A model generated the notes under the pieces. It saw nothing but the letters and a program-made list of their open reading frames with translations. It did not search any database and was not told where the DNA came from. A DNA stretch of 64,000 bases, from NCBI GenBank assembly GCA_973895155.1, contig OZ316893.1, forward strand, positions 11,289,660 through 11,353,659, read 5' to 3'. Of the stretch, positions 12,549-25,007 are shown piece by piece. A program made the translations under genes and the position numbers. Positions within the stretch are counted from its first letter, which is position 1, and the number at the start of each line of letters is the position of its first letter. Origin of the DNA: Marsupella aquatica. Taxonomy: Eukaryota > Plantae > Marchantiophyta.

Positions 12549-12893
12549 TGTTAGATATTGCTCTAGTCTTGTGACTCATGAGCTAACTACAGTTAGGCTA
12601 ACTCGGGTTAGGACTTAGCTAATGTTAGCAGTAGTGCTATTGTGCATATAGCCAGGGCTGATGCTAGACCCTGGTGGAACTTAGGCTCATTGTTACGGAG
12701 CTAGTTGAGAGATAGGGAGAGCTTGTGCTGTGGATGCTTGGTATGGACGGTCGGCCTAGAGTGCAGTAAAAGCTCTTGTGTGTTCCCGTGGACGTAGCCT
12801 CATGTGGAGGTGAACCACGTATCTCTTTGTGTCGACTATTGTGTATTGGATGGTTCATGGGCTTGCCGTTGCGAATATCGTCTATGCTCAACA
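12549..12893 (+). repeat. 3' LTR (345 bp)
   Basis: Direct repeat of 6270-6613, followed by TSD TTTGA. Confidence 0.96.
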
Positions 12894-14041
12894 TTTGAGA
12901 AGCCATGAGTACCCAAAATTCCCTGGTAGCAAGGAGGTAGTACACTTTCATCCCTGAAAGATTTTGACTCATATTTGTAGTTCATTATTCTCATTTCTAC
13001 ACACTCAAAAACAAAGGCAACTTTCATGCAAATGAAGTCTTACTTTCTTTTACCCAAGAAAGTGAAGATAAATCTAAAAATGCCTTGCACAAAAGGATAG
13101 AAAAATACAAATAGAGAAATCTTGAAGAGGTTTAAGTATACAGTCCGTTCATAAAACATGTATTAGCTTCTTTATGAGCATTAAAAGTGCATAAGGATAG
13201 GGCCCGTGAAGTTGTGGGCACACATGAGTGTTTTATATTGAAATGGTTACTTAGAATATTCATAAAATATGCATGGAATTTTTTTCAGGTTTCACAAACA
13301 CTACCTAAAATTATGTCATAGGAGCTGAAATTTTCAATAAAGCAGTGAATAAATGGCTTTAGCTGGACTTTTAAGGGGCTACTATTGCCCATAATTCCCT
13401 GGTACCAATGAGTTTTTATACCAAGAGGTGAGTAAAGACAAATCTCAAATGCCTTGCACAGCGAGTGATGGGCATTCTTTTCCACTAAATATAGATAAAT
13501 ACAAAGAGAACAATAGTGAAGGGGTTGAAGTACATAGAGCCCTCATTTTGAGGGGCGTTAATATGGCCAATAATGCCCTCTCTGTTATCAGGACATTACT
13601 ATGTACTTAAATCCCTTCAAGCTAGGGATAGTACTAGTGTAGCCCATAATGCACTCTTAACAGGGCACTGATACACTTATTAAAGGTCTAAGAGATATTA
13701 ACTTTTACTAGTTTTAGTAAAAGTAAAAGAGACTTTCCATAAATAATTCCCCAATCCAAATCTGAACTGTGCCTTCTTCAATCTCCATAGAAGCACCATG
13801 TATTACAAAGAGTTTTTTTTTTTTTTTTTTTTTGGGGGGGGGGGGGGGTGTGCAATAAGTATACAAGTTCTTATTGGCATATTCCCCAAACTGGTAGAAA
13901 TTACCCGCCCCGAAACTAATTTAATTATCAGGTTGCCCCCTGAGAATTGTCAGGTTAGTATATCAAGTGTCAAGCCAAACTATATACTAACTCAAGATGG
14001 CATATGGATGGTTTGTGGCACAGGGAGACTTGGGATATTTG

Positions 14042-14443
14042 TGTGTTAAACCTCTCTGACCGTACGATGTAATAACTAGCCCAAGCTGTGCTCTTAAGTA
14101 GATCATAGTGTGTGTTTAGTTTCACCACTAGATCATATAGTGTGTTTAGTTTCACCACCCCCAACTGTATCTATGGCCATTACTCAAAAACAACATACAC
14201 AGGTGCTACATCCAATTCAAATGATTACATTGATATTCAAATGATTACATTGATAATCAAAACAAGAGATGCATGGTTCACCTTTCCATGGGAACAGGTG
14301 CAAGAGAACTAGTACTAAACTCTAAACTGGTTGATCAGACCAAGTTACTTTCCACAGTCAGACTAAACTTTCTCTATCTCTTAGATGACCCCATAACAAT
14401 TAGACTAAGTTTCATTCTTTAGCAAAGTCCTGCTACTAAATGC
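14042..14443 (+). repeat. Direct segmental repeat, copy B (Helitron empty site)
   Basis: Matches copy A. Carries small internal tandem duplications (tagatcat...tttcaccac x2; ttcaaatgattacattgata x2). Confidence 0.85.
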
Positions 14444-17325
14444 ACTAGTGACACATCTAACCTTAACCAAGTGCCTGATTATGGTTCAAATAATTGCTAT
14501 AATTACACAGTAACTCTGAACCCAAAAATAAATGCCTGCCAAGAGTCATGGTTTAAAGATTGAGCTCTAACCATAGACCTTTATCCTTGCTTTCCATAGG
14601 GCTTTATTGGATAGATTCGTGCTCAGACAATACACAATTTGGATTCAATATCATTGGAACAATGGAAGGTTGAGGGCCACATTTTATGATTAAGGTCAAG
14701 GCTCTACCTCTGGCCCTTGGAGAGCAAGGAACGGGCAACAATGCCATGTCCCTGAGAAAGATGGGCAAGCAAGGAAAAGAACTTTTGTGGGCCGAAAATG
14801 TTCAGCAGATTCTCTATGGGTGGTGGGTCTGGGGAGACGAGAAAAGAGAGGGCGTTATAGAAAGGAGACGTCTGGAATGAGTCTTGGCCTGGGATCATAA
14901 GTGCAGGATATTGAGGTGCCGTGATTGCCCAACTGGATGATGAATGTCTGAACTCTGAAGGACCCTCCATAATTGGATTTGGGATGGATGAAGCATTGTC
15001 CTCCAATTCTTGGTGCTGGTGTTTGTGGGCGGCTGTATAGATTGGCAAAGATTCTATCTGGGATTTCCAAGAGCCTTCAAAACTCGGGTTTTCTGGGCTA
15101 CAATTTCGAGTTTGGTGGGAGAGCCTCAACGATTTAAGAAAACTGTTCGGTGTGACTCTTCGTGGTTCTGTTTCTCCACGGGCTCTGTCTCCTCCTGCTT
15201 CTGCGGTGAGATGTAATCTCGGCAGCAACAGCAGCAAATTAATGTGACAGGTCAAGGATGCCTGCATGTACCGGGCAAACAGGTGTGCTCTCGATCGCTC
15301 TCTCTTGTTGACAATGATTTCGTTAAAATCGTTTGTTCCTATTTCTAGGAGACATGCAAAAGAACAATTTCGCTGTGGGGTGCTTGGTGTTGAGGTAAGA
15401 TTGGGTCCCCTACGATCTTACTTTCCGTTCCGTCTCTCTGTTTCGGGGACATGAGGCCATGGCAAGCTTCAAACGAGCCGCGAATCTTTAGATTCCATTC
15501 GTTTCATTATCCACTTCCGGTTGCGAATCTGTTAACTTTCTAAATCGTTGACTTGAATTGTCTTTCTCCAAAGACGAAATGAATGATAGAAATAATCTGA
15601 TCTGTCACATCATCTAGAAGCGCTGACATCCGGTCACAAGGCCGGATTGAGACCCCTTGTACTGCAATTGTCCCCTTTTTACTATCTATCGCCCTAAGGA
15701 TAATCTCAACCACCACCAAACCTCCACCAGGGCCCCTCGCTCCTCTTAAGTCTTTATGTCCTCCCGATCCAAGTAAACAAGCTGAGATAGGGGAGGTTTC
15801 TGTCTGGTCTCCATCTGCCTCGATCTATTAATGGACTGCAGAACGAGATTCTATTCAAAGATAGCATGACACGAGTGCGTCCAGTGAAAGCTGGACGACA
15901 TTTTAGGTGGTTGAATCAAAACTTCGAAGAGTAGCGAAATAATAAATTTACCTTCACAGCCTGTTAAGCATTCTGTAACACTCTTAAGATTTACACCCCA
16001 TGCCAGTGATTCATAACACCTGAACTTGCAGCACTGTCATGAGAGCTTTAGAGATGCTACCATTCTTGATTTCTGCCTGTATTTTGTCTATAAATTCCTA
16101 GAATGTTGATGGGTTACCGGGCAATTTTTCGCTATCTGCCGTGTCTCGTTAATAGATCTCTAGGATAGTGTTTCTGAAGAATGTTCTCAAATTAGAAGGC
16201 GTTGTCTCAACTGTGGATTTTTTCGGGCAACTCAGTAATTCTCTCATAGTATGAAACTATCGTATGTATTGTGTTTCTCCCGGTAGTTATTGGATCCTGT
16301 AGGTAATTGTTTGCATTAGATGAAGCTCTGCAAGGGTGATAGTGACAGTAGAACTTGCCCATGATGTTCATGGGCACCGATCTCTTTCCTTCCCTTTTTC
16401 CTTGGATGAGCGGACTCGCATAAGTTTATAAGGAATCAGGTAGCCAGTTAATCTTATTGTTTGGAAATATTGTGATTTACGGCATCAATAGGCCAGTACT
16501 TCTCGAACCTGAAATATCATTATAAGGCATACTAGTCCCAAACATAATTAGTGTGGTATGCATTTAAACAATCAGTGCTCTGTAATATTCAGCAAGCTGT
16601 CCTAGTTTCCGTAGCGAAGAATTCAAGCTAGCTTCTGGAGATTGTTTCTCCTTTCAGAATTTCAATGAGCTGCTCACCTTATAGTAATCTGAAATAAGTA
16701 CTTCAACATCTGGCCTGTTGTCACTGCATAGTGGTTTCAAGTCCCTGGTAGACAAGGAGATCTCAATTCACTTGTAACCTTTGAGGCACTCTTTTTGGTA
16801 CAAACCCTAGTTTAGGTGGAGGAGGCCCTTGTCCTGGAGCCCTTCCATGATTAAACGGCAACCGTCATCAGTCACATGTGTACTTGAATCTGGACAGTGA
16901 GATTGCACCTATAGTTTAGTATAACAGGTCCGGGCCAGAGGAAACCTTGGGGGTAAGGTCAGCAGATTGATTGATTTGAATATCAGGAGCGTCCACTAGC
17001 CTTACGAGCGAAACGACAGAATTAGTCCGAATTCATAGTAATGTTCAGATGTACTCGTTGGCTATCGGTACATCTGATTTCCCAGCATAAATGGTGACTG
17101 ATCAATGTTCTCTCTGCGTGTTGATTGCAGTAGCACAACTACATTCTCCCCTCCCTGCAAGACAATAGTTCTAGAAATGGCATCCGAGGCTGAAATTAGG
17201 TTCTGGAATCTGGGCAATTTTGCAAGGCTCCACACTATGGCGTGAGTCCTTGCATGCCCCCTGCCTCTATCAAGTTTCATGGTGGCCTATAACTTTCACT
17301 AGTCCAGAGCGAGAGGCTAAGTCAA

Positions 17326-20300
17326 ATGGGCGCCTACCTACACCTTCGTGGCTTAGCCGAGCTTGGTGAAACTTTAGATTCCAACATTTATACAGGGAAT
17401 TTGCTTTACTCAAGTGAATCGGCATGTGCCGCCAATGAGGTGACTCCGGCAGGTACTCCAGGATCCCTTGCATCTATAAGTTGCAGTCAAGAACGTACTA
17501 ATGATACGACAATAATTGAGGTGGACGACTGCTCAAACTTCTGGGCCGGGCAACTTGACGACGTCTTTGAGGACCTCCAAGTGAACACTAGATCTCAGGA
17601 TGGTTCAACAGCCAGGATGCGATTGAATGAGACAGGAGACGAAGATGTTCCTAAGATTCTAAGGGAACGATGGCTGGATTGTAGAGAAACAGCAAATTCT
17701 AGTTCTGGGAAGAGCGGAATGATACAGAATGTATACGTAAAGGACAGAATTGTAGACGATCTGCGCTTGGTGAATCCTGGCTGTCCGGGTAGAGTTCTCC
17801 TGGACGTTGCTACTGTTGCGTCCACTAGCAGTGCACCTCTTGACGGGGACAATGGCAGTGCATTCACAGAAGGACACCTGCAACGAGGGTTACACGATTC
17901 GGGCTCAACTCGCAGCAGCAGAAGTTCTGATGAATATATGGAAGATCATTCAGAGAGGCTTCCAGATCATTTGCTGATAGAATTGCTGGTTCGTGTTCCC
18001 ACACGAGACTGGCCAGCTGCCGCATGTGTGAAGAAGAGATGGGCCCAACTCTTCAAAGGAGATGGACTATGGCACAGTGCCCTAATGAAGAAGTGGCCTG
18101 GTGCTACCTCTACCAAACGGTGGCCTGGTCCTATAGCCAGAGGTTCCAGCAAAAGGTGTGTAATACTTCTGCATTGTGTAGTCACAGCTAGTCTTCTGCT
18201 TGCTTCATGTGATACGATGTCTCAGAGCACTGAAGAGAACATAGACTTCAATTCAATCAAGAAACTGTGGCTGGTGACACTTCCTTGACATTTCTCTATG
18301 AGGGCCCTTCCTTAGCCAATAGGATCCTGACGCAGGCGACATTCTTAAGTAGCGTTCCTGTCCCTAGCTGTGAGAAGCCTGAAAGGAATCATTCCTTCGA
18401 TCGCATGTAGATAAGAGTTGGAGATTTGGTCTGGCCATTGCAGAAGTTGGCTCAACCGGTTTATCTGGAACCATCTACTCCACTGGACCTCAGGAGACCT
18501 TGAATGCCGAGTTTACAAGCGTAGCTTGGCAATAAGGCGCACAGCCTCAGACGACGAGCAAAGAAATCCCAGCGCTTGATATCAAACAAGGCAAGAGAGT
18601 TTTGAGAAGAGCTTGATTCCTGAGAATTACACTGTAGCCTGACGTTCGATGGCTCAACACTGCCGGATCAAGAGGGTTACAGACGAAACCCATTTCATTT
18701 TCCAAACCCAAAGAGAATGAATCTTGAGGGTAGTTAGATCACTTCTCGTATATAGGTTTATGTGTGGCTTTCTGTTACATAGACAGCAATTAGTTCTTGT
18801 TGAAAAATCTCAAGGAGAAGATTTGGCTGAGTAGAATCTTTGCTGTGTTTGTATATACTTCAATCTTAATTCTCACTGTGGATTGGACTGGTCAGTGGCT
18901 GCGAGTTCATCGAGGATAGTTTAAATTCATTCATCCAGTCAATCCCTGTTTCTCATGGATTGATGATGCGTTCTCTTCGTCAGAAATCCACATCGTCATT
19001 AAATGTTTAAGTGGGAATTCTGAAGATAGTGCTGAGGACATCTCAAATCAACAAAAAAACTTGGAAACAACCTCTCCAAAAGGCCAGATATGCACGCCCC
19101 TCATTTGCGGAGTCCATTGAGGATCTTAGAGAATAGTTGAAAAAGCCAGCAAAAAGTGTCTTGAAGGTTGTGAAAGACAATCTTTTGATCCACAGAGCAA
19201 TATGGTCTATAGTATCCTTCAAAGTCCCCAAATCTATAGCAAATGAGGATTCTACATTCTGGAAAGGTCCTTTACATGGACCTTTGCATTAGGATAGTTT
19301 TAATGTTACCGACCCAGTCGAGGTTTTCGCCAAAGTTCGGAAATGAACTGTTTCTCCAATTGTTGATGTAGTCATTATTTACTGATTGTTTTGATGAGTG
19401 AAGTGGAATAGATAAGAGGTTGTTTTGGAACACTGGCCAGGCTTCCTGTGTCCATTCAACCATGGAATCTGCATAACGGCACTAGACTGGATTCATTTAC
19501 CATTCTGTATTAGAATTCGCAATTATTTTCAAGGCTGCAAATAATGTGTGGATCATTCTTCTTTCCCACCAGACTTTGTTGAAGATCCTACGGTATTCAA
19601 AAGCACTGATCTCTATTGTCGTCGGAGTTCTGATAGAACAATAGACAATTTCCGTTTAGTGGAGCTGGATAAGCCGTAACTATCTTCCTTAATACTGACT
19701 TTCGCCTTTGGGAGCAGGAGGTACACTGCCCTCTATGTCAGCGACTCTCTGTTTGCGAAAGACAAAGTTGAGGGTGTGAGTGAAGTGGCGGGCCACGTTT
19801 ATCTCTTTCTTAAAGAGCAACTGGAATCTCCTACCCCTCCTGTTTCATATGGTCTTCTTCATGGGACGATTATTGGTAAGCACACTCGTCCTGCAATCGG
19901 CAGTGTGAAACCCAGATGATGCTTGTATTAGCTTTCATCGCTAAACTGTCATAATCATGAATCTACTAGACTCATTGGCATTTAGGCTTGTATGCGTTCC
20001 CTTTTCTGCACTACTATTTGGACGGAAAGGAATTCAACTAGAAACACTCTCACATGAACTGTTCTCAGTCACACGCAGACAGTGACTGACGCAATAGGGT
20101 GTGTGGAAACAGATCAATTTCTGGCCTGCTGTAAGACTGGAGATGAGGCCCATAAGCTGGCTTCAGACATATGGATTGCAGTACTAGACAATTTGGATGA
20201 AAGCGAGGACACATTTCACCTTCTCATGCGCATTGCTGAAGAGTGGGAGGTAGGCTATGATCTCTGGAAACTTCGGGATTCTTTTAGTGATCTCAAGTCT

Positions 20301-21011
20301 AGGATGGGTTGCATGTCAGCAAGCGAAGGTCTGGTTTGATAATTATAAGTTGCTGTCTTCCCATTTATCCTCAGCTTTGGGACATTTTGGATCCCTTGTC
20401 TTTAGAGCCTTCTCAGATTTCTTGCCGTCACAGCTGTTGCAGGCTATCTGGGCTGGTCCTCTGCCGTATCCAATTGAGCACCGTCGTCGGTTGTCTGTGG
20501 GCTCCATTTGACTTTTTCATTAGGAATCTTTGATGTTTATGACGTAGGTGTACCATCAGGATCTTCAATTTACTCTGCTATTTGAATGTTTGCAAAAGTT
20601 GGTCTTGGATGTCTAAATGATGGACCTGTTAAGTTATACAATGCAACTGTTCTCTAGTGCACTCTGGCATAACCTTGTTCCTTCCTTATCTTGTCACTTT
20701 GGCAGCTTTAAGAGCTTGTATCTTATTTTTCTTTAGCTGTTGGGGGATCTGTGGCTCCTTAGAAAAAAGGAAAACCAGTGTGTTTGAAGAGATCACAAAT
20801 CTTGCAGGGCCTCCCACCGGCAGCTGACATTTGAGCTTTGCAGGTGTTTCCAGGATATCCGTACTCAAGGTCTCATGCAGTTCAGTGGCGATTATTTGAG
20901 CGGCTTTTCACAGATTTTCGTGACTGCCTGTCGCAGTACAACTACGTCGATGTTCTTACCAGGGTAAGGAACAAATTTGAAATGATTCCACAAACCTGGC
21001 TAGGATACTGA
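17326..21011 (+). CDS. Conserved plant F-box-like protein (about 430 aa, 4 coding exons)
   Basis: Exons 17326-18155, 19718-19875, 20113-20249 and 20844-21011 join in frame with GT-AG boundaries. F-box-like LPDHLLIELLVRVP..WPAAACVKKRW is followed by RWPGPIARG, GHVYLFLKEQLE, LLHGTIIDQF and a C-terminal QWRLFERLFTDFRDC...IPQTWLGY*. The start codon is uncertain (long low-complexity N-terminus). Confidence 0.85.
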
Positions 21012-22133
21012 ATCAGGAAACGTGTAGGAACTGAAGATTCGAGATAGCCAGGCGAATTCTTCGTGTTTGCCTGACCTTACATGGTCATTATTTTGTACAG
21101 CCAAGCCTTCGTTAGCCACTTGGCTTGCGTGGGAGGAATGACATTCTGGATGACCTTATTGGCAATATTTCCAATGGCTGGAACGAGAGTTCCAATTTTA
21201 GTTTAACGACTGTGAATTCAAAGTACAATCAAGTGTACCCGTGTACACTAGGCTGTTCATGCCCACATCAAGAGCAATATGTAATTTTCGTTGTCAAGTG
21301 TACATACTGACAGAAAGCTTCGACTTGAACTTCTCTGTCCTGTGCATGTGAAAATGAGTTTGCATGTTTCAGATTACGAGACCAGACACCTTGTGAATCA
21401 CTGACAAATCCTGACGTACTTGGTTCCCTTTTAATGCAAGACTTAAAATAGGAATGGACCAAGGGGCCAGAAAAAGAGACCTCCAAGAGAGGTGGTCTAA
21501 AATCTAAGCCAAAAGAGTGCTCCACATAAGGAAAAATTGGGCCCCACTCCATTCCATGTAGGATTGGTACCAGGTTAAGTTGAAAGTGCCCCCAAGGTTT
21601 TGTAAACACCAGCAGTTTCTCTCAGACAGCCCAAAATAAAAAGTGGAAACTGCCCCCAACCTCTTGTAAAGTCACCCTTAGTTGGAGTGCTCAGGTGATT
21701 AATTTCAACTGAATTGTCCTTGAGATGGAGTAGAGACATGTTGTTCATGGCTGACTGTCTTGCAAGTAGGCTAACCAACTGTTGTCAATGCTATAATGGT
21801 GCTGATATGCCAGGTTATGCAGACATCCCCATAGACACTTGCTGACAACAGGAAGGGCTAACATGTACCCAAGTTTTTCTTTGTTTGCTTACTGAGCACA
21901 CAGCACCCGGATGCTGTGTGTTGTTTTCCTTTGGCCTTCTTACTGACATGTCCTCTTTGGCCTGCTGATTCCCTTCATCCGTGGGGTTCACGCGGAATAA
22001 TGAAACTATACAAAAAATCCAAGAAAATTGAGTTGCCCCAAAAATACCATGACTTAATCACCATGACTACAAGTCTACAAAATTGAGTTGCCCCATAAAT
22101 GCTACAACTAGAGTACCATTTTATTCTTTTTAT

Positions 22134-22243
22134 GGGGAAGTTGTCTTCGAGCAAGCAGTATAGTCAGCTTACAAACATAGAAAACCATTTTCAATTTTTA
22201 TGTTTGTAAGCGAACTTTGCAACTTGCTCAAGACAACTTTCCC
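22134..22243. repeat. Long inverted repeat / foldback
   Basis: ggggaagttgtctt..gagcaag..gcttacaaacatagaaa pairs with tttttatgtttgtaagc..cttgctc..aagacaactttccc around a loop of about 10 nt. Confidence 0.8.
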
Positions 22244-22887
22244 TTGTAGATTAAAGGGGAAATTGTTGCAACTAGCTTAGAAACAAAGAAATAAAAATTC
22301 AAAGGGGGGAATGTCTTTTGAGTAAGCTACCTTTCTTTCAGGCGAGAAAACTCTTGTTTATGTTTCTTAAAGAATATAAACAACTGTAAATGACAACTTC
22401 TGAAAGTGAAAAAGAAAACTTGAGTTTCTGGTCAATCACAATGCAAGACATCACAAAAAGTTGAATTCCATATAGATACCACAACTAAAAATCCACCAAG
22501 ATTAAGTTGCCCATAAAATATTAGTACTAAATCAATCAATAGTACTTATCACCATATACATTAATATGAACATGATCCTCCATGTCTGCAAAAAACTGGG
22601 TTGCCTGAAGAAAATTACCACTAAATCAATAACTATGTCCACAATATCTTAGCTGAAATGCATCTCCAATAAGATGTTCCAACCTGTCAGTACATTGCTG
22701 TGACGCTTCACAACAAGAGGTACTCTTAAGACTTCAAAGTAGCTTAGTTTTAGCCAAGTCTATACTTGCTAAGAAGCAGAGTATTTTAATGAATGGCAAC
22801 GGAAATGAGGGTGGGAGAGCAGAGAGGAGGGCTTCATGAATTGGAGGGCTTCATGAATCCTACAGGGGCAATTCATGTTTAACTTGG

Positions 22888-23291
22888 CCCGAAGGGTCTT
22901 TTGGACACTAATGTGGGACTAACATTTTAGGTCTTATGCCAAAGGCCTGATTTTGACACTGATGTGGGATTAGCATTTTAGGTTGTAGGTCCAAAGGGTC
23001 TGTTTGACACTAATGTGAGATTAGCAGTTTAGGTTTTATGCCCAAGGTAGTTTTCGACACTAATGTGGAACTAGCACTTTAGGTCTTAACCCCAAAGTCT
23101 TTTTGACACTAATGTGGGATTAGCATTTTAGGTCTTATGTCCAGAGTGTTTTCTTGTTTAAATTAATGTGGGATTGGTATTTTCGGTCTTATGTCCAAAT
23201 AGTTATTTGACACTAATGTGAGATTGGCTTTTTAAGTCTTTTGCCCACAGTCTTCTAGATCTAATGAAGGATTAGCACTTTACATCTTATG
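22888..23291. repeat. Minisatellite, about 50-bp unit x8
   Basis: Core gacactaatgtgggattagcattttaggtcttatg recurs near 22904, 22955, 23006, 23056, 23105, 23159, 23210 and 23258. Confidence 0.9.
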
Positions 23292-25007
23292 TGATTGATG
23301 CAATTGATGAGGTCACCCGTAGGTCACCTGTAGCAACTTTGCGAACAGTTATCAACACTATTTCATCATTACAGTCCTACTATCTTCCACAGCAGTAGCG
23401 AAGCTCGAATCACTACTGTACAGTGCTACAGTCGAAGATTGTAATGGTGATTGCCCACAACAATTGAAATACTCTGCTCTCATGGGCTGTCGATGAAAAC
23501 GTCCCTTTATACTCTGCCGTGGTGAGTAACATGCAATTTGTCTAGGCAAAAAAGCTGTGAGCCTGAAGATCCATCTAGGCTACATTTTCCGAAATTGAGT
23601 TCAGCTGTCCCAGAAATACTACTTCTTAAGAGTACACCCACCAATTAGCGATGCTTTTGCCTCTGAGGAGTAGTGGATTGTGGAGCAGTGAGCAAAATGT
23701 AAACGCAATGTGACCAAATTGTAGATGGTTAGCCAGTAAGTCTTGGCAAGACTCGAGTCACATTTCGTTTATTACGGGCCAGCTTCGAATGCAAAAAGCT
23801 AAATGTCATCGTTACATTTAGCTACTGTAGTAGCGTACTGTCAAGTTTGACTTCTCCATGGAAATCTTTTTGCGGCAAAAGAGAATCCCATGATTGCTGA
23901 CAGTACCCCAATTCAAAAAATGGATCATAATAATTCTTGTCCAACTTTGCGGATCCCGCGGAAAAATGCCGTCAAGAACCCCTACTCTCTCCTAGAGTCT
24001 TCACTATCACTCTATCTCAGTCTTCTACAGTACGTCCAATCGATCTGAACCAACCACCCAATTGGCCGATAATGAAAGTTTGGCTTCTTCAAAACTCATT
24101 ACGGCGGAAACAGTGAATCGATGATTACGCTACAGCTAGTAGTAGCACAAATCCAAAAAATATCGGATAATTAGTTGTCAGACTTTGAGAATCCCGCTCC
24201 GTAATTCAGACTCTGGAAAATATAAAGAACGATGATTGAGTCTTCGATAAAGAATTGACTTCCAACTCTATATCGATTGCATGATTTGTCGCTCACATGG
24301 AAGGAAACGGGAGCGAACTTGGCGATTATATGACATTTAAATACACGCTTACAGTGTTTTCGTCGGGTGGTTCTTCTTGAGTCGATCGCTGTCATGGACG
24401 CACGCTGGAGATCATGTCTCCCTAGGGTAGCTCCAAAGCCAAATTGAGGGGAGGGGCGTTCCTAATAAGATATTACTAGTAAAAAATTGGACGCACGAAC
24501 AGTCTCATTGGCAAACCTAGTCTGTATTGCATATTGCGTGCCGTTTGCGCGGAGACGGACATGATCAAAGTAGTGACTGATCGTCCGGAACTTGCATCGA
24601 ATCTCTGACTCGACATTGATCAGAAAGACTACTTGGAAACTGTCCGCGGACTGGACGACGGTGTGAGGATCGGTGGCGCACGATCGCGTTTCGCCCACGT
24701 ACGCACCTCACAATTTACGTCCTCGATGTGTTCCTGCCACTTGCCAACCTTCCACTACCTATGGTCTCCCGTTTCCAGCGGCAAGCAACCTCAGATGTAC
24801 CCCATGTATATTGAATCATGAATTCTTGAGCAGCGTGAGCACGACGATTCATCTTCCTGTGACCAACAATGCAGGAACAAAATCCTAGGTGGGTCGTGGA
24901 ACGAGTGGGGTGTTGAATTGATCCTGCACTGACGGCATTGAATAGGAAGGATAGAAGGCAAGGGAATATTAACCAAGTGTAGAATATTGAAGGAAGAAGA
25001 CCCATGA

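Larger units (their letters stand above)
6270..12893 (+). mobile_element. Full-length Ty1/copia LTR retrotransposon, decayed (Tnt1/Tork-like gag)
   Basis: TG...CA LTRs at 6270-6613 and 12549-12893, 5-bp TSD TTTGA (6265-6269 and 12894-12898), PBS, PPT, and gag-PR-INT-RT-RH domain order. Confidence 0.97.

Noticed and set aside
13813-13848. Poly-T/poly-G run
   Set aside because: Simple homopolymer with no functional evidence.
5221-14443. Outer direct repeats as LTRs of an older retroelement
   Set aside because: No PBS, PPT or matching TSD found.
14704-15267. 187-aa minus-strand ORF
   Set aside because: No recognisable domain; more likely the promoter/5' UTR region of the F-box gene.
18958-19037. 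Intronic C/D-box snoRNA candidate (tgatga...ctga) in F-box intron 1
   Set aside because: Only about 9 nt of possible 25S rRNA complementarity and no convincing terminal stem.
22888-23291. CRISPR-like repeat/spacer array
   Set aside because: Linkers are short and mutually similar, the repeats are degenerate, there are no cas genes and the context is eukaryotic.
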